Shown: positions 39,201 to 52,381, numbered from the stretch's first letter. The stretch: DNA of 64,000 nt from Lingula anatina (GCA_051362555.1 CM120641.1:21762001-21826000); one strand, 5' to 3'. Notes: generated by a model from the sequence alone, not told the origin. Numbers and translations: made by a program.

Positions 39201-41772
39201 AAAGCTGGAAAATGAATGATCACCAATGGACACTTACTGTGCCATTACTCAGAGGTTTTAATATATCTGTGGTTTCAGTGTTCAGTGATGACTATCGCGG
39301 CCCACCCTCCTTCTTCCAAGCCCTGGAGCCTAGGAAAGGGTATGTGAACCCCTGGAACCACTTGATAACAGACGCTGCACTGCCCTACCAGCCAGATCAA
39401 AATAAGAAAACAGAAAAACAGGTAAAACCTTTAAAATGGTAAATGAAAGAGATTTGGTTTTAAATGAATCTGTAAGAGGCGGAGAAATCCACAAACTCGT
39501 CACATCCCCTTCCTTGTGACATGCTACCAATAGATGCCCTGAAACACAATGGACTCATTTTGTAAGATGAATGATAGCCGCGCGGTACCGATTGCTTTAG
39601 ATGTCCAGAGCACAATAGAACACAATCGGCAAACACCTGCTTTGGGAACAACTTCATTTGCACATTAAATGCTGAATTTTTGTTATTCATCGTGTTTAAT
39701 ATAAGCACATTTTTTGTCTTTACCATCCGTTTTCTATGTAAATCTATGAATGCAAATTATTTTAAAGAAAGTCAATGAGTAGTTACCACCTGTTTTTATA
39801 GGACAATTTCAAGACGCTGTTCATGGGACCAGAGGAATCCGTAGAAAGGCGCAGGTGGAAAGATGACCAGTGTAAGAAACGCGTAGAGGATGGACACATC
39901 GCTCACTTTACTCTAGGATCTGAATTCCAAAAACCGAAGACTGTCACAGAAATCGAATACTCCGGGAGACCCAAGTTAGATTTCGGTGTTGCCCCCGCTG
40001 GAAAAGCGGAGAAAATAGCTCCATTCAGATTTGAACACGTTAAAATTAGCGCCAACCAAGAAGACTTTTTACCCGATCCCTTCAGAACCAGCAAGTTTGA
40101 AGGTGTCGTAGCCAAACAGAATTACGTCACAAGATCTCTTCCAGCCTTGCCAGTTCACCATGCTTCCATTATGAAGAATGACTACGTCCCTCTGCGATTC
40201 AGAGAGTAAGTGCCTACTGTATTACACGCAACCTGGCAGTTGTTATTTACATTAATGTACAACACGAAGATCACTAACGTGAAACTCGAGTACTGCAATG
40301 AAGTTATAGCGTGTGATTGTATTTGTTTATTTATTTATTTATGTATTTGCAAGCTTTACCTTTGTGTCAACACCCTAATGCTGTGTTGATAACCACGCAC
40401 GCAAGGACGTACGTTAAATTTATGATGGTAGGGAAAGGTTGCTAATCAAATATTTTTTTTAGATTTACAGATCCCCAGAAAGTGATGTTAAAACAAGATG
40501 AAAAGCTCAGCCAAAAGCCGATTGAAAAAACACACTTCTTCCACTTGGATAACACCAAACGTAAGCAACAGGCGATTACATGCGTCAATTTGAAAAAAAA
40601 TCTGATGAAGCTTTGGCATATACGTGTGTCACATGCATTTCAGCATATCTCCAACTGAACGATGAATTGTCTGTTTCTGGGGATTGGACAGCCCTGTTAA
40701 ATTGAAAGGAAAAAACGCATGGAAATAATGCATTTCGTGCTTCACTATACAATGCATTGTCATCTACGCCATTGCTGATATTTCATATTGGCTTATGTGA
40801 ACTCTTAAGGCCTACCTTATTTTTGCATTGCGTGTTGCACATAATTAAGATATGTTTTCAAATCATGCTTTATCCACTAGTGCAATTGCTTTCTGTCAGT
40901 AATGAGTTTCTCAGCCTGAGAAAGTAAGAGTATTGGTTCTCATTGTTAAAATCATTTTTCCAAAAGCAGTATTTTTGCAAAGTTACATTCCTTTGTCACA
41001 CATCAGTAATATAAAACAGTTTATAAGCTAGATTTAACTGGTAATTTTTCCTACAGGCACAAATTTTGAAACGACAGCTTCTGCCGATTACATAAAACCA
41101 GAGTTACAATCCGGTGAGTATTTTTTGTTTTACGTTATTTTCTACATATCATAGCCAATTGCCTCCCAGATAAAAGAAAATGTGGTTGTATTTGGAACAG
41201 TAGCAGCCATCAGAGTGGCGACATTGTTCAAAACAGGCACATTGAAAAATGCTTTTCACGCGCGTGCGTTTGTTTCAATTTGCAGTGCGTGTATATTTTA
41301 ATCACCTTTGATCCGTAGATGCTGGTTAACGCACGCTTGAAAATTAATTTTGACAAGCAAGATTCTGGACACTCCATATTTGCACATGATTCATTATGAA
41401 AAATTGTTCTAACTGTTCTCTAATGAAGTATATGATACTTGTCAGGCCAAATTTGCCGCTGGCCACGTTAGCATCACTTACAAAATTACTCCTTTTTTTG
41501 TAATGGATCCGTTTTCATTTTGCTTGTCAGCTATTTGCGTTATCATTTTGGTCTTATAATGACTTTGCCCTAGAGGTTTCTTGGGAAAAGAGCTGACGTA
41601 AAATCAATAGCAATCCTCTCTAATTGATCAACTGTTATTTATTCTAATTAGCTAGGGCAGATTATTAATGTTAGCGAATAATGGGACGCCAAGTTTGAGA
41701 GTGGATACACATTTTATTGACACCGTCTCTATTTATGTCTTAATAGGTAAAGTGTACCTATCAGCCAGATGA
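30277..41772 (+). CDS. About 683-aa repeat protein resembling SAXO/TEX45(SAXO5)-type ciliary or flagellar microtubule inner proteins, 17 exons
   Basis: Exons 30277-30468, 32247-32297, 35301-35408, 35582-35695, 35893-36017, 36209-36378, 36810-36900, 37161-37282, 38016-38059, 38201-38311, 38592-38678, 38932-39040, 39279-39421, 39802-40205, 40463-40560, 41057-41113, 41747-41772 splice in phase (2052 nt). Recurrent HFxLG-like motifs followed by [ST]xxxx[DE][YF]. Gene structure is well supported; family assignment is inference. Confidence 0.8.
33893..35183 (-). pseudogene. Decayed two-exon SAP-domain + SWIM-finger gene, probably a DNA-transposon accessory ORF, nested antisense in an intron
   Basis: ATG at 35074: MGENDRLFLTKNDVPGAKLP...NVVLKR(fs)WLACQ*RVREKRAALIAR | intron 34287-34917 | CKNCVAVG...IDVSIDQGKW* ... 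YVHSGY...(fs)YFKEVILASM...YTVTVT...SEAVKAARCHC. Several stops and frameshifts; truncated after CxC. Confidence 0.65.
36356..36605 (+). repeat. About 55-60 bp tandem repeat derived from an exon end plus splice donor
   Basis: Four to five copies of ggaggggata..tactaaa.cgggataagtaag..agggatgaatggaa. Confidence 0.85.
38835..38922 (+). repeat. Intronic diverged duplicate of exon 3' half, donor and intron start (source about 38632-38720)
   Basis: acgacttctctggcagttttccgttcatggcagcttaagctgtaagtcgaa versus acgacttctctggcagtgttccgttcttggcaactaaatctgtaagtcgaa. Confidence 0.85.
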
Positions 41773-44170
41773 TGATAACAGAGAAACAGATACAGCAACA
41801 ACACCGCCAACGCTAGCCTGGTTACCGCAGGGACCACTATAGAAGCGTAATACTGACTGGCTGTTTTATAATCTCTGTGGAACCCACAGATGGACCTCAT
41901 GCCTGTGACATATTACTTTTAGACGACGCAAAAACCATTGTAGAGCAAAATATTGAAGCTATGCCAGCCGCAGGAATTAATGTAAAAATAGCAAATAGTT
42001 TCACAAAGCAAAAAAAGATCCATTAGTTTCATAACGATTGCGCAGAGATGGTAAAACTTGAAAATTGTAATAACAACATTTCTACGTAGTGTTTATAAAC
42101 GTACCAGATATACTGATATAACATCGTTTGCTAAACATAAAGAGTTAATTATTTAATATAAAGTATCATCCCCAGACACTGGACAAAGCCCACCACTTTG
42201 GAGTTGAGATTATTTGTTCTCAAACCTTAGAAAAAACACTCTTTGTAACCAAGTAATTTTGTGGTAAGCTTACAAGTTAAAAGAGGCATTACGCCAGAAC
42301 GCTGCGTCTGGTTTCCCAGTGTCCTGTCACTGAAGCCCAAGGAAATTGATTAGTTCCCAGTGCTTTCACTAGGTTTCTTTCCCTGGCAGATTACGAAGTT
42401 ATGACTCTAAAGCTTTAATGGCACAGGCACTCAGATGCCACAAAAAAGACAACTGGTAATTGCTGAAGTTTAAACAATTATATTTGGAGGCGCAGAAGAT
42501 TTTTTTACACGCCATCTTGCCATTATTCTTAGCATTTAGAACTTCATTATTACTTTGATGAATAAAGATGTAGTGGCTATTATACTTCTTCATCTCGAGT
42601 GATGAATATGTTGGCTAAAAAAATTCCCCTGGTTAAATTGGTTTTTAGATCAAGGCGGGGATTTCAATCTTAAAAGAGTTCAATCAGAGTACCATTATAG
42701 GTAATCATTATCAGACTTATCATATTAATCTATCAGTATATTTTTATGGTCAAACTTCCTGTGATAGCAGCTGTACACATACGTAATCAACATGAAAGCC
42801 TCACCCTATCTGCATGAACCACAGCGCTGAATGTGATATATTCTATTGCAGATGTTGCACAGTTTATATAGCCTTATGTCAAATAAAAGAATGAATCATA
42901 ATAAACGGATGTCCTCATGGTTTTTTCTTTTTTTTTGTGTGTGTAACAAAACTGACCGCAAAGAGTTGAGTAAAATGGGTTTTCGTTTCAGTGTGCCAAT
43001 TATGCAGTTTTCTTCTTAGATAATTGGTCAATGAACAAAATATTACCAACACCACCAGTCTATTTAGTTTTTGGCGTATGGAGACAAACTGAAATCCATA
43101 ACATGCCAATTTTCTATTTTTCAGTTTGTTATAAACACATTTTAATTCCTTTTAAAATTTTTAACAACTATATAAAATTTTTTGACAGACAGAAGCCACA
43201 TGATCAAATTTGATTAAGTTTATATTTCATGTGGTATTGCCATCATGGAACGCCACAAGCCACTAAGGTATGAGCACTGCTATCATTACTACATGTACCA
43301 CAGTAATAAATAGACGTATTATCCTTTTTAAGGCTTGTAAGTTTAAGATTATCAACTTAAAAATACTGTTATCCAGTAATAAAGGCTGGGCATAAAATAT
43401 AGGCTAAAATACCTTCCTTGTGAAAAAAAAAGGCCTGTCGGTTGATAAATGTAACTTTCTTATGGTTTTGATAAACATTTTTAAAAAGCACTTAAAGTCT
43501 TTACTCAGGCCAGCTGATTACAAATGGTTCTAACTGTTAAATAATCATAATACAGTTAGAAAAACTACAAAACCTACCCAAGAACTAACAATTCTTCATA
43601 ATTTATGACATGGCATTTGCAGCAGATCAATTGTTAATCTTATACTACTTAAAAATGAATAAAGCACAAACAGTATGCTATATTCTTTAGTAATGGCACA
43701 AGGTACAATGTCCATCCTTTGGTTAATACATACTGAAAATAACATTTTTGGCGAAATTCAAGATTACAAAATGAAAAAATCAAAATATCTAAACCATGAT
43801 TTTTTTCATGTTTTTAAATAAAAACTTATCTTCTCTGGGATGGGTGCAATAATAGGTAATGGCCAATTACCTTCTATTCTTCCTACATGCAGGATTCATT
43901 ATTCTATATAACTTTCTGTAAGGTAACTATAAAACAGACTGAACACCTCAAGTAAAATGTGGAATAAGAAGCCTTTCATCATTATTATTGCAACTCACTT
44001 CAATGGTAAGCAATACTCTACTTTTTAAAGCTATCGCAATACAAAAGAAATCCCTTGAATAGTCATCTTTTTAACACATGAAAGTAGAGAATGACTGGTT
44101 ATGATCAAATAAAACAGCCTTTTCCTGAGTATTAACATTATTATTTTCAGTGTGATACATTTAATAGACA

Positions 44171-47100
44171 TCAAACACTGTCCTGAACTCTAGTCTCAAA
44201 AGAACCGTTTGGATTCAACACTTTAACACTAATCTTTGGTTTTGGTGAGTTTGTCTGAATAAGTAAATTTTTATTTATACTATAGGCCTTCTTTCCATTT
44301 TTATCATCATCCATGGTTCGTCGACTCCTTGCTACCCTCCCGGCTGCTTGCTCCTGGCACTGTTTCACAGTGAGTAACTTGGGGCTAATGTAGCCTGTAG
44401 AGGTGTGTGTTGCTAGGCGAGGACTGGGTGCATGCTGGGATTGATGACTCTTCCATGTAAGTGGCTCCATCTCATGGGTCTCTGAGGTACTAGTAGGATT
44501 GGTGCTGGAGTGCTGTGGAGAGCCTACCTGAAGATAACGGGTCTTGTCTTTGTGCTGAGGATGTGGTATTCCCGAGCTGCAGCACTGGACATCTGGACAG
44601 CGGAACTGACCAAAGTTTCCCTGTGGACCTACGGCACGCAATACTGACTGGAAGAAAAGGGTTGAGCACAACCAGCTGGAGGACATGATCACCATGAGAA
44701 AGGTTCCTATCTGCTTGTATGCCAGGACAGTGGAGGGCAGCATCAAGCCTCCAGCCAGGAAACTGGTGCAGGCGGCCATGGAGAGAGGAGGACCCATCTG
44801 TGCCAGAGAGTAAACTACTCTCAACTCCCTCTCCATCTCGCCTGCCAGTCTGTAGGACACCCCATAGTGAAGGGTATAGTCTATTGATAAACCCACAGCT
44901 ATAGATACTGTAAGAGATTCTAATATATTCAGCTCCCACCCCAGAAGAACCAGGATTCCCAGGCTCATGGAGATGGTCCATATAATGCTAATCAAAGCAT
45001 AAACAGTGATCAGTATATTAAGTGTAGTAAGAAACATCACAGCAGTTGCTATTGAGAGAGATATAATTAAAGTCTTCGGTATACCACTGGACAAACTGTC
45101 CTGAAGATCATAAAACTGTAAGTCACTGGTAAAATACCCTCCACTCATTTCTACAGGAGCAGACTCCATCTGTTTTCTGAACCAGTCAGAAACATTGTTA
45201 TAAAAACTATTGATAGAAGAGTATGAAAATGAATAAGGTGTGTTTCCATTGAATTCGATGATTAATGCCTTCATTCGAGGGTTGCCCTTTTCATATCTGG
45301 GTCCAGGGACAGCTTTGCTGTAGAGGCGAGAGTAAACTGGATCTCCTCTCATTGTGTCCATGTACTGGTTGACACAGTCGATGTACACCTCATCTGGATA
45401 AGGGAATATGGTTTCACTACAGCAAGGAACATGGCTCTCACCCAGGTCTCCAGTACAAGGTCTCTCCATGAACAACTGCCCATGGAACTGTTCACTAAAG
45501 CAATTCATTATCTCAAAGCCAAACCCCTGGTAGAATGTGGTCTCCCTCAGCTTCCTACAGAATTGGAGCAGCCATCTTTGAGCAACAGGAGTAGCTGGGT
45601 TAAAAGTTTTGTCATATTCAAGGGAGCCTCTGTCATGAGGATCTAGCCTGTTCCCATTGTCTTTTGGGACAACACCCCACACAAATGTTAAAGGCATGTT
45701 TGAAATGTGATTAAGGTCTGATGTTTCAAACCAAAATTTCTGTTTGACGTGTGTGTCGTAAATCTCCATTGGGTTGTCTGCAGAGAATACATGAAACTCT
45801 GCTGTGGAGGGTATCCGCAGTTTTGGTTTGTAGAAAATCACAACAATACCACAAATACCAAATCCGGTAAATATAACAATCCAAAAATAGCGCAACTTGA
45901 CAACAATACATGGTAAAAGCTTCTCAAAAAATATTCTTGACCAATCTGTGATCAAATAATGTACTTTGTACGGTATTCGACACAAATAATAACAAACTGT
46001 CTTTTTGGGCATATACGCATCGGGATCATAGCAAGACCAACAGTCTGACATCCATTTTTCATGAATAACAATACATGCTGGGATTATAGTGACCATGAGA
46101 AAAAATGCAATAAGAATTGATGTTCCAGCATAGATGGCAAAACACCTGATAGCTGTGATGTTACTGACATAACTTGCATAGAAAGCACCCGCTGTAGTCA
46201 GACTAGTCACAAACATTGACACAGATGCATGATGCAGCGTGTCTTTGACTATCTTCTCCAGCGTTCCATTATTTTTCTCAGATTTGGACATGATCCATAT
46301 TTTGCTGTAGATGAGCAGATCATCGGCACCTATGCCTAGAAGTATCACTACAGTCAGCAAGTTCATGAAGGGGAAGAACTGGATGTCAAATACAATAGTA
46401 TAGATGAAGTATGAGATGAGGAGAGTGATGATGATGGTGATGAGAGTCATGAAAGTGATGAAAATTGAAGATGTGTACAACCATAGCACCAGGAAGATCA
46501 CCAGGGATGCCAGACCCAGGTAGAGAGTATCTGTTACCAAGTAGTTGTCAAACATGGCATACTTGATGCCAAAATCTATAGCAAACACCTCCACGTCACC
46601 CATAGAGGTTTCTGATCTTTCCATCTTTTTATACAACTGCATCAGATTTGGTCCTCTCGCAACGGGGAGAAAAGTCATGACATACTTCAATGTTGGAATC
46701 TCACTTTGGTTTTGTAGAATGGCTGTCGAAAAGTCTCTATCTAAAATAAAATGGAAAAGTTGATAGACGGCATTGTTGGCAGTGCATTCTGGTGGCAGGT
46801 CCTGACAGTGGAGCTCTTGCCTGCTGGCACAGTCGGAGGTCAGAGTGGCGTTCTTGAAGAACCCGGCACACCTCTGGAGAGTGCTCAGAACTGTAATAAT
46901 ATCATCTTGGGTCACATCGTAGCAGGAGGGTTTTTCACTGAGCAGTGCAATATAATTCCCCAGGGTCCAGCTGAAGCAGCAGTCCTCCTCCTTCTCCTGG
47001 GTGTCTTGCTTGACACAGTTGTGGACAAAGTCGGCCTGGAGCTGAACCAGGTGCTCCTCCAGGTGACACATGGCATGGATGCTGTGAGACGTGAACAGAG

Positions 47101-50100
47101 ACTCTCCTGATACACTGCGGTAGGCAAAATGAGCGTACTCCTTCCCTTGAAAACAGAGGAAAAAATTATATATTTAATTTATATTTGCATTTTTAGAAGA
47201 TAAAGCAAGGCTGCCATTGTACAAATTGAATTAAAAGAATTTTGCAATTCATGCACATGGACATTTTTAAAAATTATTTACAAATACTATTATAAAATCG
47301 ATTTAATTTGGTTAGTTAAGCAATGGCTTGAAAGCAATACATTCCCAGGTTTCAGTAAATTAAGGCTGTATTCCCAGAGCTTTTAGATCGATCTATCCCC
47401 GTGGGGGGTCTCACTAGATTACTGTCAGATAATCCGGCTTAAATGTTCGTCCCGCCTACTACAAGCTGTAAGGGGGTAATCAACTTTCGTGTCATCTCGG
47501 CTGACAGCTATTTAGCGTGAACCCCCAGGGAGTTAGGTCGATCTAAAGTAGATCGATCTAATCTCTGGAAATGGGGTCTAAGTCAAACAAAAATTGAGAA
47601 CCAAAGTCATAATGGCTTCTGAAATATGAAATGCTCATAAATGAGTATTGATGACTGCTAGCAGTGCACAATGATTTCAGCAACGAGTCTGATGGAATAT
47701 TTGTGTGATACATGTAACACTCCTCTGTGCTGTTTAATAGTCCTATCGCTCTCACTAATTCTATAGTCTACTGTAATCGGTTGGGCTTCAATACCATCAC
47801 GTTCAGGCAAATTGTCAATGGGGAAAAAATCCATCAATTCTGTACTGGGTGGCTTGTTCATATATGTGCTATATCTCTTAAGTCATTGTTATTAACTCAC
47901 TAATTGGTGTGGGTACAGGATAAGAATGGGTGGGTATGAATGAGTATAGGTATGGGATAAGTGCGGTTAGGGGCTAAGAATGGGTGAGTGTGGATATCGA
48001 CGAGTGAGAGATGAAGACAAGAAAGGGTGTTCTTGGGCATAGATAATGGCATGCTGGAGATAAAAATGGATGGGTACTATGGGTACTAATGAGCATGGGC
48101 ATTGGTATGGAGTAAGAATGGAAAGGTGTGAGTACAGATGAGTGAGGGTAGGATATGAGAATGGGTGAGTGTGGATACAGATGAATGTGGGTATGGCGTG
48201 AGAGTGGGTGGGTGTGCGTACAAGTGAGATTGAAATTGGATGAGAATGGGTAGGGGTTAGTTACAGATGAGTGTGGGTAGTGATACATGTGAGAATAAAG
48301 GTGACATAGGTGGGGAAGAGGGACATAATAGGGGTGAGGACAGGTTGTATGGACAAGGCTGAGTAAGAGAGAGACAAGGCAATGATAAGAGCCTTGGGAA
48401 AACAAAATATTGAATTGTCTTTTATATCCATTTCACAAAAAGTGCAGTTTGTGACTCCAATACAAAGAGCAGTACCAAAATACACACTTTCCTGGACTAT
48501 TTTCAGAAATTACTAGGCTGGAACAAGGTAAAAACTTGGGCAATCTATCAATGATCTATCAGGTGAGGCTAACTGCAGCATCCATCAAATAAAGTAAGAT
48601 AAATTGAATAAGGAATGTTGCAGAACACTATAAGAGAATGATGATCTATCTACGTGGACTAAACTGATTTCTTGACTTCAACAAGGAATGGTAGCAGTGC
48701 ATTTAATTAATTTTCTCAAATATGCATGAACCCATGAACAGCTATAAGGTTATACTTTAAAAGGAAACATAGCATATCTACATATAAATCTAATGTCACC
48801 AATTTATCATAACGAGATCTTCAAATCCTTGTCATCATACGGTAGGCATTATAACTGGCATCAGCTTGGATAAACCAGCAAAAATAATATTATTGTAATA
48901 TTACCAGTCTTTTCACAAAGAAAATATGTGCAATGCCATGAAAAAAAGGAGAAAAGGAATACAACATAAAAGATATTACCATAAAAGCTAATTATTTATG
49001 GTCACCTTTCCTTATACTCACCACAACTCTGTGACAATCTAGGGAATTTAAAAAAGATATTAAGAATACGGACAGGGTAAGACAAAATCTCCTTAAGAAC
49101 TGTCTTTATGTATATGTTTTGGATGACAGATGAATCTTCAGTGTTCACTGACTAAATTCCTTTGCATTTACATAAATGTCATTTTTCCAATGACATCATA
49201 ATTTTAGGATAAAAACTGTAAAATTAGATTCTCATATTTCTCCTTTACCTGAGCACCCAGGAGCACTGTTTCAGCACCCATTTAATGACACCACTGAGTA
49301 CTTCAAAACATTGCCATATTTTTTTTCTTAAAAGTCGTAGTCCAGATTTTATTGTAAATAAGGCCACACTTTTTTAATTTTTATGGATGACATCCTGCGC
49401 CTGCACCGATTTGCATTCGTTCTCCGGAAAAAAAAAAAAAAAAAAAACCCAACGTCCCAACGAAGTCGGTTGTCGCAAACGTCATTGAATTTGCCGGAAA
49501 ATGAGCTTTCCGCGCATGTGTATTATTGTCACATTGAAACATGTCCGCTTTTTGGTCAAATTCATCTCTAGGATTACTTTCAAATTACACGACAATTAAA
49601 ATCATAAAGAGAACGGGGGCTGTCGTTTTGGATTGGTATGCCATTGTTATTAGGCATGGAGATATCACCTTTTTACAATTATACGAAAGGCTGACAGCTG
49701 CCAGCGATTATCGCCCGGAACATTTCAGTGACATTCTGTCCAAAGCAGCACATACCAGGTTTTTTTGTAGCGAGAAAAAGGGTCGACAAGGGCGTCGAGG
49801 TATTTGGTGGGCTGTAGGTCGGACAGGCCACCCGACAGTTTGGCTGCTTCGTGCGAGTCGAAGTAGACAAAATGGCATCTACGGAAATGACCTTTAATAG
49901 ATTTGGTAGTATTAAGCATATCTTTGCATCATTTTTTAACAATTCTGTGAAATGTTCATAATGCTTTAATATTCTGAGAGTACAAATAAAGGCACACTGT
50001 TTGTTTGATATTTGTTTTATTGATTGCTATACCAGCAAAATGCATGAAATAACCTTAAATAGATTTGGTAATATGCAGCATATCTATTCATGACTTTTTT

Positions 50101-52381
50101 TACCATTCTATGAAGTATTCACAATGCCTTAATATTTTGAGAGCACGGATAAAGACATACTGTTAGTTTGATACGTGTTTCTGTGGTAAATTTGTGTTTC
50201 CAGCTGTGTACTGACAGCATTCCTTTACTTAAGCAGTATTTTTTTTTTCGCCCTCTTGCACCGATTTCGGGGTCCCCAGAGGATGTCATCCATAAAAATA
50301 AAAAAGTGTGGCCTAATGCAAAATAATGCCTTTGTTCAATGGTGCATAGTAATAAAGTGCTCATAACTCTGTTATTTATTTATTCCCAAATAACGGCAAA
50401 AAAATGAATCCCTTTAAGACATGCCATCACCTATAGCAATCTTTGCGCTAAAATCTTTATTAGGGATGGAGTTACGCCCCATACTGATTGCTATCTCTCT
50501 TCAAGATAGAAAGGTGTTAAATTGACGATAAGAGCTCTGAGGTGCATATGCTTATGCTTCTACTCCTCAAGATAGAAAGGTGTTAAATTGATGATAAAAG
50601 CTTGGAGGTGCCTATGCTTATGCTTAGCAACAATAAATATAAACATAAATATTTTATATTTCTGAGGATTTTTTTAGTTTTAGTCAGAAAAAAAGGTAAA
50701 TGCATTAGATGCACGAAAAACTTCATTTTCAGCATTTTAACAATCATAAACCCTGTCAGTGCCCTTAACCCAAGATTAAGCAATAATTTTTTCAAATCTT
50801 GCCATCTCTTCAAATTCAATTCTCCCAATGACTTCAGATTGCGTGTAGCTTATAATTGTGTCAAGATGTTTGTGTGGGGCAAAGTTTGTCAGGATGTGGT
50901 TATTTGATTATTTCAGGGGCGGATCCAGAGCTATTTACTGACAGTCTTCCAAATTATCTATGTTGATTCATCCTCCAATTCTGACTGTCTTCCAACAGAA
51001 AAAATTAGATACCCGTAAATGTAAACTTGAAAATCTGACCGTCTTCTGGAAGACCCAGAAGACGACCTAAATCCGCCCCTGTATTTTTATGACATTAATT
51101 CATGGCCTTTATCTCTTCAAATAGGATCAAAAAGCATTACTTATCATCAGACAAGTACAAAAAGAAGTGGTTTATGTACTTAACATAAGTTTTAAATCCT
51201 ACACATTGTCACTTTAAAAAGATTTTCCATTTATGAAACCTGAAGTAAAGCCACAACTCTCTAATAGCAATGATAAATCTTTTACACTGCACCTTCTATG
51301 AAACTTAAAACTAACCTGACTGGGAAATCACAATGTTCACACAACACTTCTGGACGTCAGAGGAAATGACAACATTTTATGAAACAAGAGCTTGATGCAT
51401 CTCAAGTAAATGCTTATCTATACATAATAGCACATGATAATAAGGCTTAACATCTGATCGAGTTCGGATGCTGGTCTCCTACAGCATCCTGTTTGAGGTG
51501 CCTCTTGTCTCCAGCAGTCGGCAGAAAACTTCCGGAGAAGGGCTGATAATTCACACAAATCCATTAACACTACAAGCTGTAAATTTCCATTTTCACTGTT
51601 GTTTTTATACATGGAATATACTTGGAATTATGAATATAGGTAAATTTCATTTGGTATGGGAAATAAATTTTCTAATCACTTCCTCCAAATTTAGCATTCT
51701 GTGCAGCAAATATACCTGACAGATGGCAACATATTCAAAGATAATTCCAGCGACTGGACTTTAAAATAAACTAAATTTTTAGCAAACAAACATCACCCAA
51801 TAAAACAAAAGAGACAGGGAGAGTCACTTACTAGGGTCATCACAGAAGGTCAGAGAGGATGTATGGCCATGGTCCCTTCCTGAGCGCCTGCTGCGGGATG
51901 TGTTTTTATATCCTCCACTTACAGAATGAAAATGGCTGCTGGGGTCTTGTATTGTGAGGCGTGGAAACGGAGTGAGAGTGGACTCTGCATCCAGACCTGT
52001 GGCATCTACTAACTGCTGCCAACTGATAGCACGGGCACTGATCTCTGTACCACGTGGCTCAAAGCCCTGGAAACAGAAGGCAATCTTTTAATCCTCATGT
52101 TGGGTACCTCCAAAGTCTAACCTTAAAAAAAGAAAGGCAGCAAAGCTGTGTCTGTACATGAATAGAACACATCTGGCACACACTGATAAGAGTTCCCAGA
52201 TTTAAAATTGCAATCTAAATATAAAAATAAAGTAATAAAACCCGTTAGAAATCTTACTGCTTTGGGATCAGAGAAGTCTGGTTTATTTGCTATGGTTACT
52301 ACCACTGCTAGGCAAGATGCTGTCACCACAAAGCCCAGGATAACCACCACATAGGGATGCTGGGCCAGCAGACGAGAGTAG
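44171..52381 (-). CDS. DISP1: Protein dispatched homolog (RND/sterol-sensing-domain Hedgehog release factor); first coding exon lies upstream and is unresolved
   Basis: Exons 52258-52381 (YSRLLAQHP, TM1, PDFSDP), 51832-52066 (GFEPRGT...RSRR...FCDDP) and 44171-47145 (2975 nt: FFPFMN, GIGADD, VTSLTTA, TAIRCF, VWGVVPKDNG, GWELNILES, GLSIDYTLHY), in phase. Confidence 0.95.
47364..47578. mobile_element. MITE with imperfect TIRs and TAA TSD (PIF/Harbinger-like)
   Basis: TAA|ggctgtattcccagag..ttagatcgatcta ... tagatcgatctaatctctggaaatggggtc|TAA. Confidence 0.7.
47900..48400. repeat. G/A-rich low-complexity degenerate minisatellite
   Basis: Recurrent gaatgggtgagtgtggata and atgagt words; C-poor on the plus strand. 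Confidence 0.7.
49362..50313 (+). mobile_element. 952-bp non-autonomous DNA transposon with about 35-bp TIRs and TAA TSD (PIF/Harbinger- or Zator-like)
   Basis: TAA|GGCCACACttttttaatttttatggatgacatcct ... aggatgtcatccataaaaataaaaaaGTGTGGCC|TAA; CpG-rich interior with a coding-like remnant and an internal duplication of about 165 bp. Confidence 0.85.
50498..50625. repeat. Two-copy tandem duplication of about 65 bp
   Basis: tcaagatagaaaggtgttaaattga.gataa.agc...gaggtgc.tatgcttatgctt twice. Confidence 0.85.
50914..51081. mobile_element. hAT-like MITE with 5-bp TSD TATTT
   Basis: tattt|CAGGGGCGGATCCAG ... CTAAATCCGCCCCTG|tattt. Confidence 0.75.

Noticed and set aside
44490-44981. 163-aa alternate-frame ORF, and other short ORFs overlapping the dispatched exon
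   Set aside because: Shadow frames of a GC-richer coding exon; no recognisable motifs.
47974-48405. His/Pro-rich 143-aa ORF
   Set aside because: Low-complexity intronic repeat.
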